From Owenia fusiformis (lineage: Eukaryota), in contig CAIIXF020000001.1 in assembly GCA_903813345.2 (NCBI GenBank), positions 2,232,001 through 2,296,000 of the forward strand: a stretch of 64,000 nucleotides of DNA, in the 5' to 3' direction. Both the position numbers and the translations under genes were made by a program. Below, piece by piece: positions 1 to 12,800 of this stretch (its first letter is position 1; every line of letters begins with the position of its first letter). The notes beneath the pieces are model-generated. The model had not been told where the DNA came from, made no database searches, and was given only the letters and a program-made list of their open reading frames with translations.

Positions 1-204
1 ACTGCAAATAGAATATAAAACATTGGCTTTTTTGAAAAAAGAAATGTTTCAAATATGTCATCAAGAGATCCATAGCTGCACAACTGTCGATGGCAATCAC
101 TTTTCACTTTTGGCAATTAACTTTGAAAAAAATTATTTATTGGGCAATGGTCTGTTAAATTGGGCAATCATGTTTTCAAACTGTAATGAACCTTGACATC
201 TTAC

Positions 205-3200
205 CTAGTAAAGAACCTCTGATGAACTTCCTCATTGCAGGCTTAGTTGGCATGAAGCGATACTTGCAGCCAAATATACTCAGCTTCGTGTAATGATCCC
301 CGAGGAACTTGAACGCTCGGAACCTGTCCCCGCAGAGGTAGCAAAAATCTGTCTTACATTTGGAACATGTCATATGGTCGCACCCCATTGATCGCTGGAT
401 AAAGATCTGTAATAAAAGAAGGTTAATGGTGGATTAAAATAATGTTTTTTAAAAATAAACATAAAGTGGGTCTATTTTTGAAAGAAAAACCCTATATGTA
501 GGTCCATTTTTAGAGAAAAAAATCCCCCCCTCCCCCCGGGAGTACAGCACCTTAAGCAGTGTGAAAAATGTCTGAAGACATGAAATCATTACCGACAGAG
601 AATCAGCATTCAGTATGCTGTTATTGGCTAAAAGTAATCAGATTTCTAGATCATTTACTTACATTACACCGTGGACATTGCTGCGCATTACGTTGACCAA
701 AATGTTGTTCCTTTGCCCAACTTTTCAGCAGTCTCTCTCCTTTCCTATAATACAAATGAAATGTTAATTTATAATAGCAGCAAAAGATCTGTCAATGACA
801 TATCTGATTAAATACAGACAAAAATGGTGTCCAAAAATGAAAAAGTCATTGTACTGAAGTAATAAAGGGCTAGATATTAATTTACAATTATTTGGGAGAA
901 GAGTGCCCATGTTTATTTAGCAAAAACATTATATTTTGACTTGGGCACTGATGAGGCTTAAAGTTACAATATCTTTTTAAGTAAAACAAAATATCAGAAC
1001 AATTAAACATGAGCCATAAGAAACTATTTGCCCCTACTTGTAATTAAACTAGATGTCCCAGTCAAAAAGCATGCCACAATAGTTCAAATGACAAAATAGC
1101 ATGACATGCATTCTTAATACTGCTCATAAAAGTGAAACATATGAATTGGGCATTATTGTCTTATAAACAGACTTTATATTATCATGTTTCCAATTTTTCA
1201 AAATAATAATGTTTACTATATCTTTCTCCATATGGTATTATGTTCTGGGTATCTTTTGTTCATGTTTCTTTATCATAGTTGAACTATTTTGCAGACTTTT
1301 GGTTCATATAATCATTCATTATATGTTTTTCTTCTGCTGTTGCTCATTTACCCCCCCCCCTCCCTTCCCCCTTGTTTGTTGCGGATCAGTATGCCTCTCT
1401 GGGTGTGCCTCTTATTTCCTTAGCATTTAAACGAGTTCTCAATTTAAAACTTATTTTGACAGTGCTATCTATTGTTTGAAAAATCATGAAAAATTGGCAT
1501 ATTTTACCAACTAATTGCAAACGTGAGAAAGTGAAAATGTGCCAGGGGAGAACATTGTATATATATATATACGTATACTCCAACATGTACAGAGATCAAG
1601 TAACCCTATCAAGAGTTTAAAAGATACTTCACATAGGTACTAATCAGACAGGTAATCAGAGTTCAAACATAAATGATATTTGATAACAAGGATGTACTGT
1701 ATAATCCAATTCTATCATTAACTTTGAACCACATATATTTTGATTGATCTACCTGTACATGACATGAAGATCCTGGTGCAAGAAGCCAACAGCAAACATA
1801 ATGTTTGTTTACCTTTCATCATTGATTTATTCGTACAATCCCCTCCTCCTTTATGGCTTTTACCCTTTGGAATACCTTGACTCAATCTAATATATGACTC
1901 TTTATTTTGGAGATAATTTTTTTTTATCTCCAGATCAAACATCCAACAATGATCAATTAATATTCAATCATCAAGAGCAGGTCATTGACCCTCCCTCCCA
2001 ACCCCTCCGCCTTGTACATGATACTTAGACAATCAGAGCACTCAGAGATTTTCCGTTTACGTAGCCAATTTTACTCCAACTTGTAAATTCCCCAGTGTAA
2101 GTATACAGGTAAAAGGAGGGGGGGGGGTCAGTGACTCACTCCCTGCATATCAGATTAAAAAACAAAACACTAAGATCACATGCCTGACTGCACATTCAAC
2201 TCCCATAAAAACTTCACCATTAAAATATCATTTGAGATCATCAAATTTTGAGAGGGCAGTGTACTTAGACAAAGAGGATTCAGGGTACTTACCTGTAACC
2301 CTTGCAAGATAAGTCTGTGTGCCAAGGCGCCTGGCAAAGAAAACACCAACAAAGAGCGCACTCCTTGCATGTAACTGGAATACCCTTATGGACTTTGATT
2401 TTGCTCTTATCTTCGAGTTTATGTTTCTCCAACTCCATTATTTCGCTACATCTTGGACATGTCTTTATATGCGCTTCCTTGTTCGCATTTACTAAAAACT
2501 TGTGAAATTTATCTTTCATCTCAGTTTCAAGATGAAATGTTATCTCATCTCTATGGATGTAAGTATCACATACAAAATTGGGGCATTCAATTTTCACTAT
2601 ACCCTCGGAGACTTGGGTGACAAAATATTGTTTGACACAGTCGGAACATACTGCTAATGAACAACAAGGTCTCAAGCTTAGTGTTTTAGACTCCAAACAA
2701 ACACTGCATTCTGTATACTTTTCATCACCCACGGGGTAAGTAGGAAGAGGCCGATCAGCAGGTTCATTGTCCAAGAAATCGTCAAACATCCTCACTGTAG
2801 GAAGTGAGTTGTTGTCGATCATCCGTTGGATTCTTTCATTGATGTGATGTCTTTGAACATTGTTAGGTTCCATTCCTTGGAGCATTTGCTCAAAGAAACG
2901 GAGATCATCTGTATTTGGATAAGCATCTTGACCATCAGGCAATTCTTCGATATCACTTGTACTGTTTGTCCGTCGTCTCATTTTAGGGGACGCTGTGGAA
3001 TCATCTGATAAGCATAATGACACCATTCCAATACTTGCTATTGAACTAAAGCTACTAGATGTCAAATCTCGGCTGGAAGATCGTGACAGAGGTGGAGTTG
3101 ACACTGTGACATCAGAAAAGGGCGAAGCCAGAACTGTTCGATCATATGGTGCTGTGTCTTTATTAGGAAATGCGTTCGATTCTTGTTCTTCATGTAAGTC

Positions 3201-3218
3201 AATGTCACTAGAAGCCAT
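205..3218 (-). CDS. RNF217: RBR-type (RING-IBR-RING) E3 ubiquitin ligase, RNF217-like; 5' part, continues beyond the window start
   Basis: Exons 3218-2293 (ATG at 3218; RING1 CSVC...CCSLAVCSDC...CPNFVC, IBR CPRC...CKECALCWCFLCQAPWHTDLSC), 744-663 (KGERLLKSWAKEQHFGQRNAQQCPRCN) and 406-205 (IFIQRSMGCDHMTCSKCKTDFCYLCG...HYTKLSIFGCKY). All are GT-AG and phase-consistent. The next acceptor falls at positions 2-3. The RING2 and following segment resemble RNF217 as I recall it. Confidence 0.85.
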
Positions 3219-3818
3219 ATTGTAATCAGCAATACAATTCAAAAGCAGTTATCCCTTCTTTCTAAAGCAAACCAGGAATTTTTTTCTCCTTTGCAGCCTG
3301 ACAATTGTTTTGTTATTGTCTTGATTTGAGGTCATTTTGAGAGGTCATATATCTTACTCGAGTCTCTAGAATATAGAGAAGGCTTTGGACCGAAGTAACA
3401 TATATCCCACCTTCAAAAACATCCTTCCAATCTCCTGAAATGTTCAAAAACCTGTCTATTTGAAGTCCGAAGGTTTTACGCTTACTCCTACATATTTCTA
3501 TGTAACAGAATTGACGTCAACCTACAATATTCCGTAATTGTTTGCGATATTTTTATTGATTGTGTCATCAAGATGGTGGTTAAATACCCTGTTCTATTTT
3601 TAGCATGATTGGCATCTCAAGAAACAGCTGATTGGCTAATCATAATGTACCTAGTTTGTGATTGGTTATTTTGGGGGAATCCCAGAGGGGAATCTCTTTA
3701 ACCACGTGACCAAGCACTTGTCTGTTTGTACATCCGGTTTATTTAAAAATTAACAAAATTTGTAGTTTTTTCTTCTTTATAGTAGAATTAGACTCAACGA
3801 AGGAGACCAAAAAGTAAG
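3219..3818. promoter_or_regulatory. Putative bidirectional promoter / 5'UTR region between RNF217 and PREP
   Basis: 600 bp between divergent ATGs. Contains TGACGTCA (3512-3519), three ATTGG reverse CCAAT boxes (3608, 3631, 3661), GGGGAATCCC and GGGGAATCTC (3674, 3687) and CACGTGAC (3703). Confidence 0.6.
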
Positions 3819-6800
3819 ATGACCTTCCAATACCCTCAGGCACGGCGTGATGAAACGGTTGTTGAAGATTACCATGGAACAAAGGTATTTTTTAACAAAT
3901 TCAACATTAGGAATTTTGACAATGACAAGGCAACTTTCTTGTAAAATAGAGTCTAGCATTGGCTTTCTCTTGAAAAACCATGGTAGTTGGCCTCACATAG
4001 GAAATAAGCATTGGAGGAAGTCAGTTCCCTCCTCTTTTTATATACTTTGACATTACCTTTTTCCACAGGGAATCGCATGGAGTGTCGGGCTAGACTGTAT
4101 CCTTCGTCTGAATAAATATTATATTCGGTCTGTTGGATACATACTAAGTGTCGGGCAGAGCCCTTGTGAGTCTTCAAAGTGTCAATCTTTAGAAAGGGAT
4201 ATCGGAAAATGACCTGTGCAGAAAAATAAATTTAAAAATTTTAAGCTAAAAATAAGTTGAATCATTCCTATAAGCTACATACACATCTCTTGAAACCCCA
4301 TGGTTCAACATATAGAATTATCGAGGGAAAAAATAATGGAAGCAATCCATTGACTAGTTACTCAGAAATGTAGACGAGTTCTTCGAAATGATATAACGTG
4401 AAATTTCTGCAATTTTCGAAATTTTAAAATGAAGTACATTTCAGTCTATAGCTTTCTTAATATACACTCACCATTAAAATATGCATAGCCCATGAAATAT
4501 GTTCGTTCACGGGGTTCTTCTTTAATGACGCTTCCCTATGGTTACACGTTTATCACAAATAACATCTCAGAACAACTGCCACTTGTGGATATGTGATGAA
4601 ATAAAATTTTCTTGACTAATTTTAAGAAATGGCCAGCAACCGGATATGAATAATGATCTGCATTTTCAGGTGTCACTACAGTAAATATCACTAATGTTTG
4701 TACATATGTACTGTATATATGCAGGATGAAATCAATTGCATCCCAAGGCCCATATCCAGGGGGAGCAGAGGGAGCGGCCCCCTGGCCAGAAATTCAAAAT
4801 CATGCAGTTTTTCACCATTCTGAGCACTTTTTCGCATGCATTTTTCCAAAAACTGTCAACAATCTCCTTCCCTTGGTAAAAGCTCCCCCTTGGTAAAACC
4901 ACTCCCCCCAGGTAAATCCTGGCTAAGGCCCTGCATCCCCATTAAAAGTCAATGGCACCCTTAAACTAGACATTGGGATTGCTTGTTTGCATTAATTATC
5001 CCAACGAACGAAGTTCGGTAGGGATATAGTGAAGCCCTCCGTCTGTCCGTCCGTCAGTCAGTCAGTCCGTCCGGAAGATAACTCAAATACTAGTTGACGG
5101 ATTTTCTTCATATTTAGTGGAATGATGTATATTGGTGAATAGTTTTACGCAAAAAAATTTTTTTCCAAGATGGCCGCCACTTTAAAAATGACGGGACTTT
5201 TTCGCAAAAATCATAAATTTTTCATTCTAAACTAAAGTAATTAATATTATTGTTTGAAATTTTGGTAGTACATTCGCAACATCTATCTATTTCACATATA
5301 TTCCGTGTTTGTCATCCTGACCCCCAGGGGCCGTGTATGGGGGGTCAGGAAAACAGAAATTTTCGCTAATTTTTAGATCTTTCTGAAGTATAGCTTTATT
5401 ATACTCAAATGAAAGGCAATTAAGAGTAGATTGCAAATATTGTATCTTTTTTTCTGATTCGAGCCTCGTATAATTCAAAATGGCCGTCTAATGTACGATT
5501 TCGCAATAATTTTTCGATCCCTTCAAAGTATGGCTATATTATACTCAAATTAAATGATGTAATGAGTATAATTGATTGGAATTCGATAATTGATATTTTG
5601 TTTCTTGGGATTTGCTACTCCGTGGAGTTGCCATTATCTAGTTATATTATTCATATCGATTAGAAACTTCAACCAAGGTCTGATATTGTCTTTGTCAACC
5701 ATGTTTATTTAGATCCTGCAAGGATGTCTATCTCGATAGACAAGTCACATCCTTGGTTACTATAAGACTTCATTAATTAGAATATGTCCAATGATTTGGA
5801 CCATTGCTAAATCCTGAACCAAAGCAGCATTAAAACTGATATTACTTCCCAATGTTGCAGGTACAAGACCCATACCGCTGGCTGGAGGATCCTGATTCTG
5901 AAGAGACAAAGAAATTTGTTGATGATCAAAATGATGTTACCGTGCCATTTATTAAGCAATGTTCATTGAGTGGTAAATTAAATGAGAGGTAAGTTGCATG
6001 GAAAGTTAATATGAGATTGTCAATCATTTCAGATCATTTGGATATGCGATACATAGCTTAATATTACATGTAGTTGACTCTTTTGGAGCCCAGACATAAG
6101 TTTCTGATATCTGTATGTAAAATATTAAGCACTTACTTTGATTTTTTTGTGATTCAGCGTTTATCTTAACAAGTCTGAACATTCTTTTACTTTACCACTC
6201 AGACTGAGAGGATCTCGCGAAAAGTGTGTATACTCAGTTAGCCTTTAGACAATTTTTTATTTCCTTGCCATAGTTTTCTCAAATAAGTTCAGTAAAGCCA
6301 ACCATAGCAATGTGAATACTCTCTGTGCACAATGCTAGCTACTACTGCAGAACCTATTAACCAGTACATCACACTTTTCTCTGAGAGCCTCCTTCCTCAG
6401 ATTGCTTCATTTCCATGAGACACTTTATCCTTACTGGGGTTGTGGCAGGCAGGTTTTGGGTTGGGACTGGGGCATGGGTGACTAGACAAGGGGTCGGATA
6501 GACCTAATACAACAATGGAGGGTGACTATTGGCCTATTCAACCATCTACATATACTTAAACAACCTAAATGCCGACAAAATAGAATTCCAATAACTAGAG
6601 ACTTGCTCTTTTTTGAATTGATCAAACCCCCCCTCGTGATGTATATGCTCTTATATGCATACCTGAGATTCTTCGACATATCATATGTGATCTATGGGAT
6701 TTTACTATTGTTGTATCTGGTCAGTTGCATAACAACTTGTCTTTTCCTTCCACTGTTGATAATATACCATATAAATCAGCATCTCAAATACATTGTGAGT

Positions 6801-9800
6801 CCCTACTCCCTATGTTTGACCTTAAAAGTTCTAGCAACCAGTTGTGTTGTACCTGGAATTTGCATATTAACATTTGCTCCAAACCTGAAAATGTTATTAC
6901 TTCTTATAGCAGGAGATGTCCATCCTAATCCAGGTCCGAACAATCTTTCATTTTTGTTTTCCAATATAAATAGCCTCTCAGCAAATGGGGGTACTCGATT
7001 TGACTCTTTGAAACTAAGAATAAATGAACTAAGTCCAAGCATTATTGGCCTTTGTGAGGCTGGAATTTCCAAATCCAAAATGGATTCGGGTGATTTTGAC
7101 ATTAATAATTATAATGTTTTTTACAGTGAAAGAGGTAGAGGTCTGGTAATTTATACTCATAAAACCCTAGTGACAAAAATCTCTAATGACTTTATCATAG
7201 ATGGGCTTGACATCCTGTTAGTAACTGTTATTGTGAACCATAAACGAATTTTATTTGGCACTTGCTACAGGTCACCCAGTCAGAATGCAACAGAAACAAG
7301 AAATTATTTTTCATTATTGGAAACTCAACTTGATCAAATAGTAACATCTCAGCCGGCCTTTGACCATGTCATACTGATGGGTGACCTGAATGCAAAACAT
7401 TCAATCTGGTATGATAATGATGACATAAACTTAGCAGGAACTAAACTCTTAGAAACCATAGATAACCAAGACTTTGTACAACTTGTTAGTGAACCAACTA
7501 GAATAACTGATCACTCCAAATCCTGCATTGATCATATTTTGACCGATTCTCCAGATATTTTTGACAACTGGGATGTCACTGATCCCATTGAAAAAACCGA
7601 CCACAGCACAATTGTAGCTCAAATTAAAGTTGGTGTGACTAAGTCCAAGCCTATTAAAAAAACCATTTGGAAATACCATGAAGCTAATCTTGAAACTTTG
7701 AATGATGCAATTAGAAATACCGAATGGACAGATATTATCGATAGAAACATAGACTTGGACTTAGCTACCTCTAACTTTATTGAAAAACTCTCGGACATAT
7801 ACAAATCCAAAATTCCAAATAAAATCATCACAGTAAGGTCAAATGACCAGCCATGGTTCAATAATAATCTTAAACGTGAAATATCAAAAAAGAAAGTTTT
7901 ATATAAGAAATTTTCAAAAGCTCCTAATCAAGTTAACAAATTCAATTATAATCAACAAGCTTCTAAAGTTTCCCAACTAATTGAACAAGCCAAAGAGGCA
8001 CATGAACTCAAAACTATCTCATCAATTGACCAACTCAATAAATCTGATAAAAACTATTGGAGGTTAATTAAATCATTCCTTGGTAACAATTTACATAAAA
8101 ATGATATTTCTAGTATCTATGATGATGTCTCTGGACACGACTTATCTAACAACCTTGATATAGCTAACCGATTTATGAGTTTCTTTGCCTCAAAAAATCA
8201 TACTGATGCAACTTTTGATCAATTGCCCCATTTCCCAATTAGGACTAATTCTCTACTCATTTCCGCCCAGACCGATCAATTTGAGGTAATGAAAATAATT
8301 TTGTCCTTAGACACCTCAAAGGCATGTGGCCCAGATAACATCACAAACAAAATGTTGAATTTGACAGCCCATACCATTTCAAAACCTTTAGCCAACTTAT
8401 TCAACAAACTTTTATCAAAGTGTACCTACCCTGATATCTGGAAAATTGGAAATGTTTGCCCAATTTTTAAGAAGAATGACAAATCAAACATCAACAATTA
8501 TAGACCTATCACTCTTTTAAGCTGTATCTCTAAAGTATTTGAAAAAGTTTTAGCTGATCGAATCAGGAAGCATTTAATTGACAATAATCTTCTTTTCAAA
8601 CATCAGTCCGGATTCTTACCAGGTCATAGTACTATTCATCAACTTTTATCGATTGAACATCTTCTTCAGAGCACATTTGAACAAGGAAAAGCTTCCAAAA
8701 CAATTTTTCTAGATATAGCGGCTGCATTTGACAGAGTACCACATAAGCTACTACTTCATAAACTTTCAGCATATGGCTTCCAAGGGCAAATTCAAAAAAT
8801 TATCAAATCTTACCTTACTAACAGAAAAATTGCTGTACAGATATCTGGGAAACTTTCAAATTATTCTGAAAATGACTTTATCAATTGTGGTGTCCCCCAG
8901 GGCTCAATACTTGGGCCAATATTATTTCTCCTATACATTAATGACCTTCCAGACAATCTGGAGGGGCATTGCTATATTTATGCGGATGACACTTCTCTAC
9001 ATCATCCTTTTGACCCTAAGCATCCACAAGAAGTAGATGCAATAGCCAGATCTAACCTAATTAAAATTGAAAAATGGTCTGACACCTGGAAATTGGAGTT
9101 TAAACCTGAAAAGAGTTCTGAAATGATATTCCACTCATCCAGATCTAAAGTCGATAATGTTTCTGTTTCAAAGTTAAACAATGTTGAAATTACCAGAGAT
9201 CACGAGCACAAACATCTGGGATTTACTTTTGACCCAAGCTTATCATATGACAAGCATATTGGAGAAATCACATCAAAAATACGAAAAATGTTGAACCCTT
9301 TAAAGAAACTTAAATATAAGTTAGGTAGTAAGCATCTAGAAACCATATTTAAGTCCTTTATTTTACCCCATTTTGACTATGGTGCTATCATGTACAGCAC
9401 AGCCTCAAAGTTCCTATTACAACGACTCGACAGTCTTTATTATAAAGCTGCACTTTATTGTTCTGGGTGTATCCAAGGGAGCAGTTCAAAAAAGGTTTTA
9501 AACCTACTCAATTGGCCAACTCTTGAATCAAGACGCAGTATCCAGATTAACAACTTTATGTTCAAAATTGTAAATGGTACAAGTCCTCCCTATGTAACTG
9601 ATATTTTTGACAAATTTAGAAACCATGCAAACAGAGTATTGAGATATAATGAAGCATTTAAAATGCCCATTAGATGCTCAAATAGATTCTCCACCTCAGC
9701 AATACCAGCTGCAATTTCAAATTGGATCAATCTTCCACCTGCTATTAAATCTAAGAATACTCTTTCGAATTTTAAAAAACACCAAAGAGTACATTTCCAA

Positions 9801-12800
9801 AAAACGCCCTCGTTTTTGTCAACAAGCCAGCTTAATCTAACAAGGGTTCAAGAAATAGTTCTCAATAAAGTGAGAGCTGACCTATACTTCAAAGCCCAGT
9901 TCTACGCTCACAACTTTCAGTCTATTGACAGTCCTAATTGCACTTGTGGAAAACCACAAACTCTGAAACATTTTCTCTTTCAATGTGACTTACTTACTAT
10001 ACAAAGACAGCAATTCATGGACAAACTCACTGATCTCGAACCAAACATCTTCAGTCATAATCTCTCTCAAACTGATTTCATAGCTATTTTGAAAACAGGA
10101 ATTCCCAAATTAAACATAGATGCAAATTCCCAAATACTACTTCTCATTGTTAATTTTATCAAAGACAATAGCTAATTCCCTCCTTCTTATCCATCTCTAG
10201 TATCCTCAAGTCCCGTCACACCTGCCCTAGTCCAAGACCCTGCCTGCTCTGCCACTTCTACTTCCACCTGCCCCCTATTCTTATATAATGCCATTGTGGC
10301 GATTTAAGAATTTACATGTCTGTATTTACATTTTTTGTATTCTATTGAAATAAATTTAATAATAATAAAAATTTGGATATTGTCAAGGAAGGTTAATATG
10401 TGTTCATGTATTCCTCCCCATTTATGAAATTGAACATTTTTGATACTCTAAATTAAAGAGAGAATCAGATATAGCGAGCAGGCTAAACAAAAAATTGTTT
10501 CAATTTTAGAATATTTTTGGCTCATGTCATTCCTTGTCATGTCTATTTTCTAAAAATCATAAAAGTGCATACCTTATTCCAGGTAAACTAAAGATTTTTA
10601 CAATAATGTTTTATTTTTCTATAAGAATGGTAAATATTTGGGAGAATTTAAACATTTTTCACTCATTTTTGCACTTTGAATCGTTAATAACTTCACCAAT
10701 TTATAACATATTGTGAATCTTTTGGGAGATATTGTATTTGATATTATAAGGAATAGATTGGTAGGTCAATTATACATGTTCCTTGTAATTTTGTCACCCT
10801 CTATAGATCAGATTCTGCCTTTAAATCTTAACTTCCAGTTAAAAAATTACCCTGAGATTATGAGGATTTATCCCCTCCCCCATTGATGTATTGACTATGT
10901 CTGTAATCATGCCATTTATTTCACTTGTAGTATCAAGGCATTATGGGACTATCCGAAATACTCATGTACATCTAAACATGGCGATCGCTATTTCTACTAC
11001 CACAATTCAGGTCTACAGAACCAAAGGTATGTCAATTCAAGATATTTAAAGGCTCCATGTAAAGCTTTAAACACTTTACTCATACCCAACATAATCTAAT
11101 AGCCTCCAAATGTATCCTTGTTGTATCCTTAAAACCAAATGTTCTTGTTTTGTCAAAGTGTGAAAATAAACAATGCAATTGTTTTACAGCGTGCTCTATG
11201 TGCAAGACTCCCTTGATGGTGAGCCTCGGGAGTTCCTTGATCCCAACAAGCTCAGCGAGGATGGAACAATCTCACTCAGTGGTACAGCTTTCTCAGAGAA
11301 TGGCGATTACTTTGCATATGGTTTAAGTGAGAGTGGATCAGATTGGGTTACTATAAAGGTAAGCATATATCTTCTTCCTATGCCAAATAAATGCAACATT
11401 GGATTATTGCTGTAGTATTGATTTATAGTAGAATATGTTACCATTTAATATATTATAGCTAGCTTTTTTAGCTATACTCATGTACATTATATTTGTGGTA
11501 ATGCAATTAATAAATAACGTGTTAGTTAATATAAATCGTCTTATTATGCCATGATTATGATACAACATATACTCTATGCAAATAGTAACAACTTTGTTAT
11601 TACACTTTACTGTACATAAAATATATTTTACTTGATATCCCTCATGTTTTATGTTGGTATTCCTTGTTATTCTGACTTTAAGAATTCAGTCCAATATCGA
11701 AAAGTTTTAGTTTCATGTGTTAAAACAGATCGACTCAGTTCAGATTTCTATTTTTGTCTCTATGTACAATATATTTTATACTTTCATTATAATTACACTA
11801 TTCTATTTATACAATGAATTATAAAGTTACTGTATTCTAAGTACAATATTTATTTTCTAATTTGCAGTTCAAGGAAGTTGCCTCTGGCAAGGATCTCCCA
11901 GATGTACTCAAGAGAGTAAAGTTCTCCAGCATGGCCTGGACGCATGACCATAAGGGCATTTTCTACAATGTATGTACATCTTTCATGGCAGTGTCATTCT
12001 ACTTAAAATATCTCTTTTCTTTGTACACATGAATATTCATTTTTGATGTTATTCCATCAAGGGGTCTCTAATTTTTTGGTGGATGGAGCCTAGGTGGTGC
12101 TTGAGAATTTGGGCAAAGATTAAAAAGAAATACTTTTGCCAAGCTTTACCACATCTGAGAAATTAATTAAAAAGTTTATTTTGAGATAACATAGATAAGA
12201 ATCTTTCTATTTCTGTGGATTTGGGAGTTTTTGATTTTAGGGATTAAATCTGGCGATCGATTGGTTAAAATCTTTTTTGACTGGTTGTTCACATGCTTTT
12301 AAATTTAATTTTCTCCAGTGTTACCCAGAGACTGTACAGGAAGGCAAAAGTGATGGAACGGAGACAACCACAAATGTGAACCAGAAACTGTTCTATCATC
12401 GTCTTGGAGAGGACCAATCAAAAGATACTTTATGTGGGGAGTTTCTAGATCACCCTAAATGGATGATGTGAGTTAACATTGTTATTTTGTCACTAAAAGG
12501 TTTTTGAAATAATTTGTCTTTAAGAATTTTCTGACTGTTTTCTGAGCTTCTGTTTGACTTTGATATTTGTAGTTATTCCAAAGATATGAAATTCAAGTAG
12601 GAATGTAGAGAAGCAACTTGTCCATGTGTCTATGAGTTCCTTTATTCAAGCCATAACTCAAATGCCTGTTGACAGATTAGGTTCAAATGTACAGCCTGAT
12701 ACCTTATGAAAATAGGACCTTTGCCCAAGAAAGAATTTCCATTATGGCTGTTCATCATTTTTCGGATTTGGTTGAAATTGCCTTTTTAGGGGCATAGAAT

